Counted from the first letter of the whole stretch, positions 21,079 through 33,724 are shown. The stretch: DNA of 63,724 bases, filler included, from Licmophora abbreviata (GCA_900291995.1; 12 parts of 12 records of this genome joined end to end with filler, not necessarily neighbours in it); one strand, 5' to 3'. Made by a program: numbers and translations. Notes: a model not told the origin generated them from the letters alone.

Positions 21079-24000
21079 ATGGCTACGAAAGACGATCCAG
21101 AAGCGAACGATCACGACGTTCCAGAGAAGGCGACTGCGGCTGATGCCGAATCTTCGGAGGGACAAAAAGTGGAGCAAGGCTTGGCTACTTTTCGGGAAGT
21201 CTTCTCGTTTGGGGCTGGTCCAAAAAAGAGATTTTGTCTTTGCTTCGGCATGTTGGCAGCGACAGTCGCGGGGTGTGTTTTCCCTGCGATGGCATTCTAT
21301 TTCGCCAAGAGCTTCGAGGAACTGGGAGCAGTCGCCTCGAGCGACGGCTTCATGGACAGCATTCGCGACCTGGCTTTTGCCTTCATGATTCTCGGGTGAG
21401 CGAATATTATGCTTGCGTTGTCTGCCTGATCGATCGGCAGCGTCTCACATCAAAGATATGTTTCACTTGTCGCTTTTTTTCGCTTTCAACAGGCTGATTG
21501 CGTTTGGATCCATGTCAGCTTACGCCACACTACTCGAGACTGCGGCAGAAGAAATGACCATTTCGCTCAAGACTGAGTGGTTCAATGCGCTTTTGAGACA
21601 GGACCTGGCATATTTTGACATCAAAGATGTTTCCGGCACAGCCTCGATCATTTCGACGAATGGCGTGAAATACAAAAAGTGAGTTCACGTTCGTCCAGTG
21701 TTTTCGATTGGCATGTTTATCGCAACGAGGTGAATTCTGATCATCGTCGCGTCGCGCTCTCCGCTCTGCAGAGGTCTTGGGCGCAAGCTTGGGGAAGGGA
21801 CTCAGTTTCTCATTACTTTCTGTGGTGGAATGGGATACGCCTTCTGGGCTTCGTGGCGAACGAGTCTCATTGTATTGACTTGCCTGCCCGTTATGGCTCT
21901 CAGTGTTTGGTTCCTACTCAAGATGAATCAATCGCAGAGCGCTCGGAGTAACGCCAGTTATGCGGAAGCAGGATCCATTGTGTACATGACCGTCGCTGCG
22001 ATTCGTACTATTCTGTCTTTGAATGCAGTCCAGACAATGATTGACAAATTCACGACGGCCACGGAAAGGGCCTACAAAGTCGCATGCAGCCAAATTCACT
22101 GGATTGGGCTTGCAAATGGATCCATGATGGGATCCTTTCTCTTATCCTATATTGCTGTGACGCTATACGGATCCTTTCTCTTGTACGATCAGGTCCGCGA
22201 CAACGGATGCGATCCCTCTGGAACTACAGGGAACTCCAAGTGTGACCCTGCGGCGGTTGACGTCTTTGGAAGCTTAATGGGGATCACCTTTGCCGCCGCA
22301 GTGCTACCGCAAGTGTCAGCCTGTATCGAGGCATTCACAGGTATCGTATGTCGTGTAGGTCACCGACTGGTGATTTGTCTTTTGCTGCTATCATCCTCAC
22401 GAATCCTGTTCTGCTTTGGTCTGTGTGCAGGAGCTCGAGCGGCTTGCTTTCTAGCTACTGTGGCCATGAATAGAAAGCTAGGAACTGAAGGTGACGACGA
22501 CGAAACGATGCGCCAGTCTCACAGGGCGAGTCGCAGAGGTTCCACGATTGCACTCCCGAAATACGCCATTGACTCGTCTTCGCCCGATGGCTTGCGACCC
22601 AACAGCGTGGAAGGACACATCGAGTTTCGGGATGTAACGTTCTCGTATCCAACCCGAAAGGAAGTCAACGTCTTCGACGGCTTTTCGCTCGAGGTGGCTG
22701 CGGGTAGTACAGTCGCACTCGTCGGTCCGAGGTATGTGAATAGAGGCTGCGGATTCCCTGTTCAGTGAGGCCTTTGTCGCTAACTCCATCGTCTCGTCAT
22801 GCTCCTGTGTCGCAGTGGAAGCGGCAAGTCGACGAGCGTCCAGCTACTCGAACGCTTTTACGATCCGAAAATGGGTTCGATTACCATTGATGGAGTCGAT
22901 CTGCGAAAGATCAACGTAAAATGGCTTCGCCAACGTATTGGGCTTGTCAGTCAGGTCAGTCGCTGTCTCAGGACTTGGTGATAGTACTGTAGGCGGTTAC
23001 CTCGGACACGCACTGACACCTGCGTGATTTTGTCGAGTAGGAACCCAAGCTGTTTGCCTGTAGCATCAAGGAAAACATCGCGTATGGTTTGCCCGGGGCT
23101 ACTATGGAACAGATTGAAGAGGCTGCGAAAATGGCAAACGCTCATGACTTCATCAAGACATTCCCCGACGGCTACGACACACAGGTTGGCGATCTTGGCG
23201 GTAAACTCTCTGGTGGTAAGTCATTTGTATTTCTCTCTTGAAGATGCGATACGACCCGACTTGCATTGACACGCCGCGCTTCTGGTGTTCACTATGTAAC
23301 AGGTCAGAAGCAGCGAATCGCGATCGCCAGAGTCCTTGTGAAGAACCCCAAGATCATTCTCCTCGATGAGGCCACGTCTGCCCTTGACAGTGAGTCCGAA
23401 GGCGTTGTACAACAGGCTCTGGACCGTCTCATGGAAGATGGCAGCCGTACCATCATTGTGATCGCCCATCGTCTGTCGACGATTCGTAATGCTGATCTGA
23501 TCGCCGTCGTGAATGAGGGCCAAGTAGTCGAGACAGGCATGCATGGTGAACTGATCGACGCCAAAGGGCGATACTACGATCTTGTCGAAGCACAGAAGGC
23601 GCCTCTCGCGGCTCCAACTCCCACTGAAAGATCCAATTCTGACACCGCTCCCAGCTCAAGACGATCTAGTGAAGCTGATTTGGAAGCGCTGGATAGGAGC
23701 AACGCAGTACCGTTGTTGCGGCTTGGGGATGTTCACTTTTCGTATCCATCGCGACCTGACAACAAAGTGTTCCGCGGTCTGAACCTGTCTGTTTATCCCG
23801 GCGAGACTCTAGCGTTGGTGGGACCCTCGGGAGGGGGCAAGTCGACGACGGTGCAGTTGATCGAGCGTTTCTATGACCCAGACGAGGGCACAGTGGAGCT
23901 CGATGGCGAGGATCTGAAGAGTCTTAATGTGAAATGGCTTCGCGCGCAGATTGGTCTCGTTAGCCAGGAGCCCACTCTGTTCGATACGAGTATTGCTGAG

Positions 24001-25742
24001 AACATCCGGTTTGGTTACGATGGAGCGACACAAGAAGAGATCGAGGAGGCCGCTCGAGAGGCAAACGCGCACGAGTTTATTCTGAGTTTCCCGGATGGAT
24101 ACGATACTCAGGTTGGAGAGGGAGGAACGCAGGTATCGGGTGGACAGAAGCAGCGGCTCGCACTAGCTCGGGTTCTGTTAAAAAAACCGAGGATTCTGCT
24201 TCTCGATGAGGCGACGTCTGCTCTAGATACAGCGAGCGAGCGAATCGTGCAAGAGGCTCTAGACAAGGTGATGGCTTCGAAATCAAGGACGACGATTGTG
24301 ATTGCCCATCGTTTGTCGACTATTCGGAATGCCGATCGAATTGCTGTGATCGCGAGTGGAAAGGTCCGTGAAATGGGCACGCATGACGAGCTCATGGCAC
24401 TTCCGAACGGTCGCTATCGCCGTCTTCAGGCGTTCCAAAACCTCGAGAGAGAGGCACCGGCTGAGGAAGACACCAAGGTCATGAAGAAGACAAGTTTGAA
24501 GGAGTCAATCGAGAAACTCAAGGAGGCGGAACGTCCAGAGGAGCAACTCGACGAAGTGGCAGATGCCGAAGACATCGACAAGAAGCGCGTGAAGAGCGAT
24601 GCACAACGAGCGCGGATTCTCGCTAAAGACGACAAGCTATACTTCCTCATTGGAACAATCGGTGCTGTCCTCGCCGGGCTGGTCTTTCCGGCATGGGGGT
24701 TCATCTTTGCTTACATGATTGAAGTCCTGTACACACCGGTCTTCGAGTGCACGGTCCCACCCTCACCCTTTAGCAGCTGCCAAGAGTCCTGGGACTTTGA
24801 GGCCGGCGAGATGAAGGCCTTGGCAGGCAAAGTAGCATGGGGATGTTTCGGGACGATCTGTGCGACTCTGATCGGCAATATGTTGCTCTTCTACGGCTTT
24901 GGAACTGCGTCTGAGAAGATGAATAAGCGAGTGCGGGATTTGGCTTTCGTCGCCCTTGTGAGGCAAGAAGTCACCTATTTTGACCTACGACCCGTGGGCA
25001 CGATCACATCCCAAATCCAGGAGGACACGGCGTTGATCCATTCGTTTAGCGGCGAACCGATTCGAACACTAGTGATGAGCCTAGCAAGTGTGCTGGTTGG
25101 GTTGATTGTGTCGTTTGTATTCATGTGGTACGTTTACGACTCATTGCAGTCATACCTTGTTAGCACCTTCGTGCTTTTACCCATGCGCTTTGTTCCTTCG
25201 ACAGGCCGTTCGCCCTCTTGACGCTTGGTATCTTGCCTTTCATGGCCTTTGGTGCGGAGACAGAAATGCGCATGTACGTGGGCGAAGATGAAGGCGATGC
25301 CTCCGTTGAAGACGAGCACTCCCCGGGTGGGATTGTAGTTGAGACGCTTGTCAATATTCGGACTGTGGCTTCGTTGACGATCGAAGAGGCAAGGTCGGCG
25401 GAGTTTGCTGCTGCTCTGCGCGCCCAAAATCCCACCCCGTATCGAACGAACTTTGTCAAGGGCATGACCGCCGGTCTTGGACAGTTCATCCAGTTCTGGG
25501 GAATAGCTCTCATGTTTTGGTGGGGAGGCTGGCTCCTTTTCAACTACCCGAACGCCTTCGAGTACCGCGACTTTTTGATAAGCATGTTTGCTCTGTTATT
25601 CTCGCTCTCCGGCTTGGGCATTGCTGCTCAAGGCGCCACGAACCGCGAAAAAGCCAAGATTGCTGCAAACCGAATCTTTGACTTGTCAGATCGCGAGAGC
25701 TCCATCGATCCGTTAAGTGAAGAGGGCAAGAAAGATATTTGA
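21079..25742 (+). CDS. ABCB (MDR/P-glycoprotein-like) full transporter with TMD-NBD-NBD-TMD order; 7 introns (21396-21492, 21679-21771, 22341-22430, 22732-22815, 22956-23040, 23216-23302, 25128-25204)
   Basis: TMD1 ([19 protein letters not shown]), NBD1 ([28 protein letters not shown]), NBD2 ([28 protein letters not shown]), TMD2 ([17 protein letters not shown]), then stop. All introns are GT-AG and keep frame. Confidence 0.92.
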
Positions 25743-26203
25743 GGTGAATGTTGTATGTGTCACCACGTATACGGTGCACGATGTTGTTTGTGGCTTGCTT
25801 CATTTGTCGCATTGGTATGCGGATAAAATGAGGCTAGACATCGGTTCACAGGATCTAGTGCTTACCAGTACTACTAGTAGATAAGAATCTGATGCTGCAC
25901 CACAGATCGACAAACTGGTTGACGTGAGAGCTTCGCATCATCTCTTTCAAAGAACTGTGTCACTCGATCGAATCGAGTGTTGAAACAATTCTCTAAGTTT
26001 CGGTTGCAATTTAAATGACTCTGTCGGACGGGATAGGAATGGATCGGCTGGCGATCTTGTCCTTGACTGCCTTTGTCGCCCTTTANNNNNNNNNNNNNNN
26101 NNNNNNNNNNNNNNNNNNNNNNNNNNNNNTTAATTAATTAANNNNNNNNNNNNNNNNNNNNNNNNNNNNNNNNNNNNNNNNNNNNCCCAAGGGACTGTCA
26201 CCG

Positions 26204-27769
26204 ATGTTCACCATGAAATTGTTACTTCCGATGTTTCTGCTAGTAGCAGTGGTGGTGGTAGGAAAAACAAATGACGAGAAATCGTCAATTGCAGATTCGA
26301 CACAAGATTCGACTGCGACACATCACGAATTGACGATCACTCGAGAACAAACAGAATTCAGTATCGATTCGAGTGATGCCGAATCCTCTGTCGGTACATT
26401 GGATGAAGTTTCTCACAATTTAGATATTTGGCCGTTCCATGGAAAGAACAAGACCGACGAAGACCACTCTTGTGCCAGTCACACGAGCTGCTTTGACTGT
26501 TCGACGTCCTCCTACCTTTGCCACTGGTGTTCTCACGACAGTGCCTGCCATGCTGTCGGTAGTGTCCACGGATGCGTGAGAGGCGCCGATTGTGGAAACC
26601 ACACCAAGCCAGATCGAAAGAAGGACAAAAACGAAACTGCGTGTTCTATCCATGCCACATGTGCCGAGTGTGCTCTGTCGTCTACTCTTTGTCACTGGTG
26701 TGCCCATGATCAGGCGTGTCACTCCGTCGGTAGCGTGTATGGATGCCTGACGGGAGTCAACTGCTACTCGAACGATCGATGTCAACGCGCGGAGCCTGAG
26801 TTGATTAGTGGGCTTGTCTTTCCCGAAATGGGTCTCTTGCCGATCGTTGTAATTCTAATGCTCGCGTGCATGTGCTGCTGCTGTTCAACGCTTGGATACT
26901 GTGTCGCCGGTGGCGTCAAGGGAGCCTACGATGATCTTGCCCACATGGCCTCTCAACCATCACATCCTCATCCGTCCATGACGCGACCCCCTGCTCCTGC
27001 CGTGCAAGAACTTCCGCGTGACGAGGAAAACGCGGCCGAATCGAGTGCTGACGAAGATGCCGACCAGGAAGCCACACCACTACTTGCAAACGGCGATCAA
27101 GAGGTGCACGATGGTTACAATTTGATGTCGACCGAACCGCAAGTGCACCCGTTTGTGAACAGCCCTCGTCGGCCTGCCTCGAAGCATATGCAATGTCTAT
27201 TTCGTGCATGTACCTTCTGCTACGTGGTCACTTTGATTACTGTAGGGGGTTTAGCAGTCGGAGGGATTCGATACTATCCAAAGTTCCCAGAGTATAACAT
27301 TTGCAACGACGACGTGGCATGGAAGAGTCTGGTGGACAGCATGGCAGCCATGAAGTTGGAGGCGCACTTTGAGATCCTCATGTCTGTCGTGAATCCAAAT
27401 CACTTTGACGTCGCGGTCGATATGGGACGAGGTGGCTTCAAGCACGACGGTGTGCCCATTGGACGCTTTGAGATACCGCCGACGAATGTTAGAGCCATGT
27501 CCATTACAGATCTTGCCATCGTTGCGACCTTCACTCCTGAGAAATGGGAAGCGCTCTCTCTTACCACCGAGTACTACCGAGGCACTCTCGTCTTGGAGTT
27601 GGAATCGCAAGCATCCATTCGGGTTCCGATGCTTGCGAACTATTCATTCGAGGCTGACGTATCGAACATGATCGTTCATGTGAACGACCCCAAAATGTAC
27701 GACCGTCACTTGTGCTCTTGTCCGGACTGGAAGGAAGCGAAGAACCACACGCCGTTTATTGGCTGGTGA
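26204..27769 (+). CDS. Membrane protein: signal peptide, two Cys-rich PSI-like repeats, two TM helices, LEA_2/NHL-like beta domain
   Basis: Repeat C..H.SC.DC...S.LCHWC.HD.ACH.VGSV.GC occurs twice. After the second TM comes VVNPNHFDV..G.F.HDG..IG, which is LEA_2-like. Confidence 0.7.
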   Translation: MFTMKLLLPMFLLVAVVVVGKTNDEKSSIADSTQDSTATHHELTITREQTEFSIDSSDAESSVGTLDEVSHNLDIWPFHGKNKTDEDHSCASHTSCFDCSTSSYLCHWCSHDSACHAVGSVHGCVRGADCGNHTKPDRKKDKNETACSIHATCAECALSSTLCHWCAHDQACHSVGSVYGCLTGVNCYSNDRCQRAEPELISGLVFPEMGLLPIVVILMLACMCCCCSTLGYCVAGGVKGAYDDLAHMASQPSHPHPSMTRPPAPAVQELPRDEENAAESSADEDADQEATPLLANGDQEVHDGYNLMSTEPQVHPFVNSPRRPASKHMQCLFRACTFCYVVTLITVGGLAVGGIRYYPKFPEYNICNDDVAWKSLVDSMAAMKLEAHFEILMSVVNPNHFDVAVDMGRGGFKHDGVPIGRFEIPPTNVRAMSITDLAIVATFTPEKWEALSLTTEYYRGTLVLELESQASIRVPMLANYSFEADVSNMIVHVNDPKMYDRHLCSCPDWKEAKNHTPFIGW

Positions 27770-27960
27770 GTGCACCTTGTACATAAGTGGGATGTGCAGC
27801 ATAACTTCTAAGTTAGTATTTCTATAGTTACGCAAGACTTGCTTATCAGTGCAGGATGGTGCAGCTCGCCTCGTGGAGATTCTTGCTGTACGACGTATCT
27901 TTCTAGAATGTGACAGCGCAGAAAGACGTCAGCGGTTGTCTACCTTCCCTAGTCTACAAG

Positions 27961-29421
27961 TCAGTCGCTGTCGCTGTCCATCATCATTGCAGCAAAAACA
28001 TTGCCCGGGGTAGACTTCTTCTTTGCCGGCTTACTGCCCCAGGCCGATTTCTTCTGGGCACCAGGAGTCACCCACTTTGTAGCTCCAACTGTCTTGAACC
28101 CGCTCGAAGCACTCGAGGTTGTCTTCTTGGTAGCTTTCGGCTTCGTCTTTGACGCCAAAGAAGTACGACTCGCCTCTAGTCGTGCGGCGAAGTCGTCATC
28201 GTTCTCAAACCACCCACGACTCGATTCCTGTGCGAGATCAGATGAGATAGGAATGCAAGATTCGCACGAGGTCAGATAAAATGCTAATGGGACGACAAGT
28301 AGACGAGGATACGCACCTCAAGCTGAGCAATTTGCTCGAGTATCTCGTCCTTTCGAGCGAGAGTCTGAGTCTCCTTGACACTCAATAAGCGTCCTTTCGC
28401 TCCGTCTTCGATCTGCTGAAGCGGATGAAGCTCCTTCATAAGCTTTGCAATTTCGGCCTCATGTCTAAGTCGATGCGGCGCCTTGGGAGCAATGTTTTCA
28501 AGCATGTCCTTGCGCTCAGTCAATTTCGCCTCTATTGCTTTTAGCTTCTCTTGTTTCTTTGGCTTCCCGTTGGATTCTTTCTGCTCTTTGGAGATAGTCT
28601 CTAGTTTTTCCGATACTTGGCTAAGCAACGTGTCACGCTCTCGTTTCGTGACATTTCCACTTTCCACTTGGGCATGCATCTGCTTCTTGACGAACGCCTC
28701 CTTCTCGTCAAGGGCTCCCACCGACACAGTGTCGTACATGTCTTGCTCCGCATCGGTCAATGGAGTACCTTTGAGAAGCTTCGTATCCAAACTTTCCACA
28801 AGCTCCTTGACCGATTCAATCGCACCGATGCATCCTTTCTTTTGTGCCCAAGAGGGACACTTACTCTGTAACATTCGCTCGAAGACAGTTTGTGACGACG
28901 CGGCAATCATCTGCTCTGGGCTGCCGTCCGACAACAACGACTCAGTTTTTGGTTTGGATATTGACATGCCCGCCACTCCGTCTTCCAAGGCCGAAACTCC
29001 AGTTATCTTCGGAAACACTACTACAGTCTTGAGGTTCTTTCCCGTATCATGCTGCAGTTTGAAGCTACCACCGCACTCGATGACGCAACTCGCGCCTCGG
29101 TCATCCTCGTATCCTAGCTCTCGCAGTGTCGATGTGACGGCTTTGGCAGCCCCCTCGTCGTACTTTTGACGCCCCAACTTTCCTGCCCCTGTAATAAACG
29201 TGATTCGAATCATTTCCTGTAGCTGAAGCGGTTCTTCAAACGCCTGATGGATCGTGTTGGTAATGGTTGAGACATTTTGTCCTGCCAAATCAAACGTCTC
29301 GCTTTCTGTAAGAAAAGAGAAGAACGCAGTAAGTAATAAGCTTCAGAACGACATTGCCTCTCCACACAAGGGTTCCCTCACCGGAAGCGGAGCGAATGGC
29401 TGTTGCAACGGCGTGAGACAT
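27961..29421 (-). CDS. Conserved-looking hypothetical protein with coiled-coil C-terminal half (introns 29306-29381, 28228-28316)
   Basis: Spliced frame MSHAVATAIRSASESETFDLAG..ITGAGKLGRQKYD..KLQHDTGKNLKTVVVFP..ESSRGWFE..MMMDSDSD*, with canonical GT-AG sites. Confidence 0.75.
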
Positions 29422-29868
29422 GGTCTTTCGTGGCCTGCAGGAGATCCAGCATCATGGTGTGGGCGCCGCTCGTCGTCAAGTTGAAAGTCGCATGCATGTC
29501 TCATCATCACTCGCGCGATGCCGCGCGGAGGGGTGCCATTCTCTGACGGGTAGCGGACGTNNNNNNNNNNNNNNNNNNNNNNNNNNNNNNNNNNNNNNNN
29601 NNNNTTAATTAATTAANNNNNNNNNNNNNNNNNNNNNNNNNNNNNNNNNNNNNNNNNNNNTCGACTCAATCAATCGGCTGGCCTCATCGCGCGTCGACGC
29701 ATTCGACTCGACTCTCTCCCAAAAGAGAACGCAATGAGACTGACTCTTGTCGAACCGTTCACGCGAAGACACCTGCAGGAAGCAATGGAGGTTACTCTTC
29801 GTGCATGAGCATGCCATACGCTACGCAAATAGTAGCTTCTCGCTCTCGATCGCTAGTTTCTAAAGACA

Positions 29869-30552
29869 TTACACTAGCAAGGCAGTAAGGCCATAAGACA
29901 GGATCCCATTCAGTCGTCTGGAAGGCCAGTAGATGCCTCCCTGAGGCTCAATGCCGTTCCATTGCTCCTGCATTCTTTTGACTCTTATTGCAGCGTGGTG
30001 GTTCTCGTCTTCCACTGGATCTCCTACACTCGCATGCACTACCAAGATGGAGTTGAATGTGAGCCTTCCAGCGTATCGTTGATGCAATGCATATGTCACA
30101 ACCCAATCCCCACCATCCTTCTTGTCGATTTGGACGCATCGCGGGGACGATAGGGCCTCCACACCAACTTCTTTCACTGCACGGAATGCCTCGGTCACTT
30201 CTTGTGCTCCAGTACAAACCACAGCAGCGTCTTCGAAGGACACGTGCTTGTCCAGCGCCACCAAGTTCTTGTGTTCAAATTGATACTGTGGATCAATCCC
30301 ACGACCCGAATACATTTCTAGAATCAGTGTATCTAGTCCACTGCGCAGCATGACCTCTGCCCTGCTATCAAGCTTGGAAGAAGCGCTATCGTCGTCCTCA
30401 CGCTGACGCTTGTTTTCGGAAGCATCCATCGTTGAGCCCAAAGTGGTAGCAGGCCCAAAGATTCCAAATCCCAAGGATGCCCCTGTAAGAGCCACGTGAG
30501 TCGCCGCCGTTGCCTTGACAAAGTGACGTGCGAAGATGGCTCCAAGCACCAT
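29869..30552 (-). CDS. Hypothetical protein, possibly NTF2/SnoaL-like fold
   Basis: Open frame from MVLGAIFARH containing VSFEDAAV..GAQEV and I.RMQEQWNG patterns. Confidence 0.55.
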   Translation of the reverse strand: MVLGAIFARHFVKATAATHVALTGASLGFGIFGPATTLGSTMDASENKRQREDDDSASSKLDSRAEVMLRSGLDTLILEMYSGRGIDPQYQFEHKNLVALDKHVSFEDAAVVCTGAQEVTEAFRAVKEVGVEALSSPRCVQIDKKDGGDWVVTYALHQRYAGRLTFNSILVVHASVGDPVEDENHHAAIRVKRMQEQWNGIEPQGGIYWPSRRLNGILSYGLTALLV

Positions 30553-30924
30553 GATCGTGAGGTAAGGAGTACAAGTCTCCAAGAATCCCTGCGTGAGGCG
30601 AAACGAAACGTTTCGAGTTGCTGTGATGTGATGGTATGTTACGGGAGTCTGAAAAACGTCGCTCAAAAGGGATGCAGTGAAAATCACAAGCGTCGCCTCT
30701 ATACTCTCGGCGACAATAGCGACAGAGAGGAGAACAGCGACGATGACGACGGCGCCATCGTGTTAGGATGGTGTGTGTTGAAAGATGATGTTGTGTGCTG
30801 TAATGTCGCCGTCGCGCGTCTCTCGCTTTTGCGTCCGTCAGTCCGTTGCCGGGAACTGAGAATGCTCGCTGCGTGTCGCTCGAGCGTCGTCTCGCGCCTC
30901 GCATCACCCCCGCGACGGGCGACC

Positions 30925-32220
30925 ATGATGGTGGATCCTCGCAGCAGCGACGGCGACGAAGAAGACGACGAACATATTTCTCATAACAACGAAGAGGAGG
31001 AACAAGAAGTAGATCCTCGGGTGGATCCAGCCTTGGCCTTCAAATTGAGACAGGCCAAGTATCGACTCGACCCGGACGAAAAGAGTGATCTCGTTGCATC
31101 CTTGGAACACCTTGTCACTGTCGGTAGTTCCGTGAAGCATACGACCGATCGATGTGAGAAGTGGAAGAAGAGCAAGCAAGATGGGCATACGATTCACGGA
31201 AATGACTGGTCGCTCGATACTTGCAAGATGGGTCCGAGCGCGCGAGCAAAAGTAAAAGAGAGAGCTCAAGAACGACTGAACGCGGCACATGCTACTATGC
31301 CTACCCAGCTACGACCCCGCATGCTGCATGCGGAAGATGTACGTATCTTTGGAGAGGACGGTCGCGCACGCAGAGCTTGGCCGACCGTCAAGAAAGCTTG
31401 GTCCACAAAAGATGGACGTGATGAAAAGCAATGGGATCTCGAACATGGTGATGGGATACATCCATTGGCTTTTGCGGAAGCAAGGCTGGCAGAAGTTCCG
31501 TCGGCAAAGAGGCAGCGAGTGGATGCTTCAGATCATCTATCGATTGATACCACCAAGACGGGAGTCCATTCAACGGAAGTTCCGCGTGCCATGCTGCTGC
31601 GGTGCTGGCAAAGAGCAATGGATGCGGCGTCGTCGGTGATGCATTTCGAGCGCCCAAGAGAGTCGAATCAGCCAAGTACGCCCAGTAGTACCCGATCACT
31701 ATCAGAACAGTCGAATGGAAACAGACTTGTCACCCCCGCCGAGGCAGAGGCAAAGTGCGCAAGCTTGCGAATCGAGAGTTCGGGATCGGTCTGTCCCAAC
31801 TGTGAAATCCTGTTTGACTCGGAGGCAAAGCAACGAGAACACTTTTTCGGTACGTTGATTCAGCGGGGCTGCTGTTGGACTCTGATTCATAAACGCCAGT
31901 GCGAGCTGATAGGCCGAGTTCTACAAAGGGAGGTTTCCCTGGCCTGTCGAGATCTTACTCGGATGATCCTATTGGCGTGCATGAAGAAGGAGCAAGTGGA
32001 TGGGCAACTCTACAACTGGAACGACATTTACGAACTACTAGAGTCGGAAGAATCATCTTGCAACGAATTCACCGATCCGTCTCTTCGTCATGACCGCCGG
32101 ATCGATTCTGTGCTGGAGACGATTCAGGGCCCATCAGAGTCTTCTGTTGTGTTGAATGAACGCATTCTGGAGGCAGTCAAGATGAGATTGATCGAACGAT
32201 ACGCAGATCTGCCACGATAA
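30925..32220 (+). CDS. Hypothetical protein with CxxC..H..CC motif
   Basis: Long open frame (MMVDPRSS..ERYADLPR*) containing CPNC..F..Q.EHFFG..RGCCW. Confidence 0.7.
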   Translation: MMVDPRSSDGDEEDDEHISHNNEEEEQEVDPRVDPALAFKLRQAKYRLDPDEKSDLVASLEHLVTVGSSVKHTTDRCEKWKKSKQDGHTIHGNDWSLDTCKMGPSARAKVKERAQERLNAAHATMPTQLRPRMLHAEDVRIFGEDGRARRAWPTVKKAWSTKDGRDEKQWDLEHGDGIHPLAFAEARLAEVPSAKRQRVDASDHLSIDTTKTGVHSTEVPRAMLLRCWQRAMDAASSVMHFERPRESNQPSTPSSTRSLSEQSNGNRLVTPAEAEAKCASLRIESSGSVCPNCEILFDSEAKQREHFFGTLIQRGCCWTLIHKRQCELIGRVLQREVSLACRDLTRMILLACMKKEQVDGQLYNWNDIYELLESEESSCNEFTDPSLRHDRRIDSVLETIQGPSESSVVLNERILEAVKMRLIERYADLPR

Positions 32221-32733
32221 ACCTAAACTGTCGACTTACGTCTAATGTACACAACGGATAGCGCCAAGAGAATGCACATGGGGTCGTGCGAGTTGTAGAG
32301 AAGCTCACTTTGCCAACTTGCATCCGCATGCCTTTGGATAGCCGGTACCTGGTAGCCATTCAAAGGATGGCGCGAGTATGGTCGCACGACAGGATAGTCA
32401 CCAAAAATGCGCGCGCGACAACGCCGACGGAAGAGATGAGAGAAAGCATGAACACAACAACACACATTCAACATTCTGAATTCGTTGCATGTTGAAATGG
32501 TCTTGTGGTGCGCCGCTGACACCTCTGAGTTCCAAAACAAACCTATCATTTCCCTCTTTTCCCATTTGTCGAAGGAAACATAAACATTCCTTGAAGAAAT
32601 CGAAATCTTGGGAGAAATCTTGTTCGGTTCATGGGCCCGGGTTGTAGGTGCAGCCTCCTCGACAGCATCACGACGCGCTCTAAGCCCCCTCGCTTAATTT
32701 GAACGGTTTCGAGAAAGATAGGTTGAGATTGCG

Positions 32734-33724
32734 ATGCGATTCTTCCTGTCGATATGGCTACTCCTGAGTTGGACGCCCGGTTTGGTACTATTGTCGTGCG
32801 GAGCCAAACCGAATGAGACGTCTTTGATTTGGAACGAGATCAAGCGTCTTCGCCTTTCCGGGGACTGTTCTGCATCAGAAACGCAATGGGAAACACTTGA
32901 GGAGGCTCGAAAACTACGTCGAGGCTCAAAACAAGCATACCCAACCTCAATATCTACCAATCGCAGGGCATGTCGCTTCTATTTCTGGGATTTCGTCAGT
33001 GCTGGCTTGTATCATACTTGTAAATACTTGATGAAGGATCGGATATACGAGGGGCGGGGTGGTCGCAAGGTGCGATTGTGTGCCTAGCCTACCATCGGTG
33101 TCACTTTCTACCTCATCGTGACTCACGACGCTGTCCATTCTGTTTGATTCTTCTCTCTACTAGTTTGTTCGGATCGAACCCGGATCTCTGCTTCAACTGT
33201 TGCACCCCTGCAGCCGTCATAATCCAGACAAGTGTGTATTCTGTGGTGGAACGTTTCAGGATCATCTGACTCTGAGATGGTCAAAGCACCTGTACTCGCC
33301 ATATGACTTGTGTTTGGATCGAACGTACGAACGAGGCGTCTTGCGGCGGGTTCCGTCGGCGAAAACATCGAAACGAGCTAATCTGGACGACGAAGCGAGA
33401 ACGCGATATGCCTTTCACGGAAGCTACGTCTTAGATATGGGCATGTTGCTACGAGGTGTTACGAACGCACGAGGTTGCGAAAGAAAACTGCGCAAGACGA
33501 TTGCCGAGAGCGAACACATGTCCGAACCGGTAGAGATGCATGCTGTAGATCAAATACCGGCTGTCTATGTTGTTCCGTCGTTGAATGACCTACCGCGACG
33601 AGGCCTTGCCGTTTCGCTACTGAAATATGTTCGCAATCTTCTCCTCGACGAGTTAGATGCGTTGATGGTATACCAAGAGATTGAGAATCGCGAGGTGGGC
33701 AGTCGATCTGCAACGATCAGATAA
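32734..33724 (+). pseudogene. Frameshifted Cys-rich reading frame (pseudogene or assembly errors)
   Basis: Three overlapping + strand ORFs join via small shifts at ~33078 (TGTG) and ~33198 into RLC..C..RCPFC..LCFNC..DKCVFCGG. Confidence 0.35.

Noticed and set aside
30496..30924. N-terminal extension making the + ORF overlap the divergent - gene
   Set aside because: It starts at a non-ATG codon and crosses the promoter-like spacer. The ATG at 30925 has a good context.
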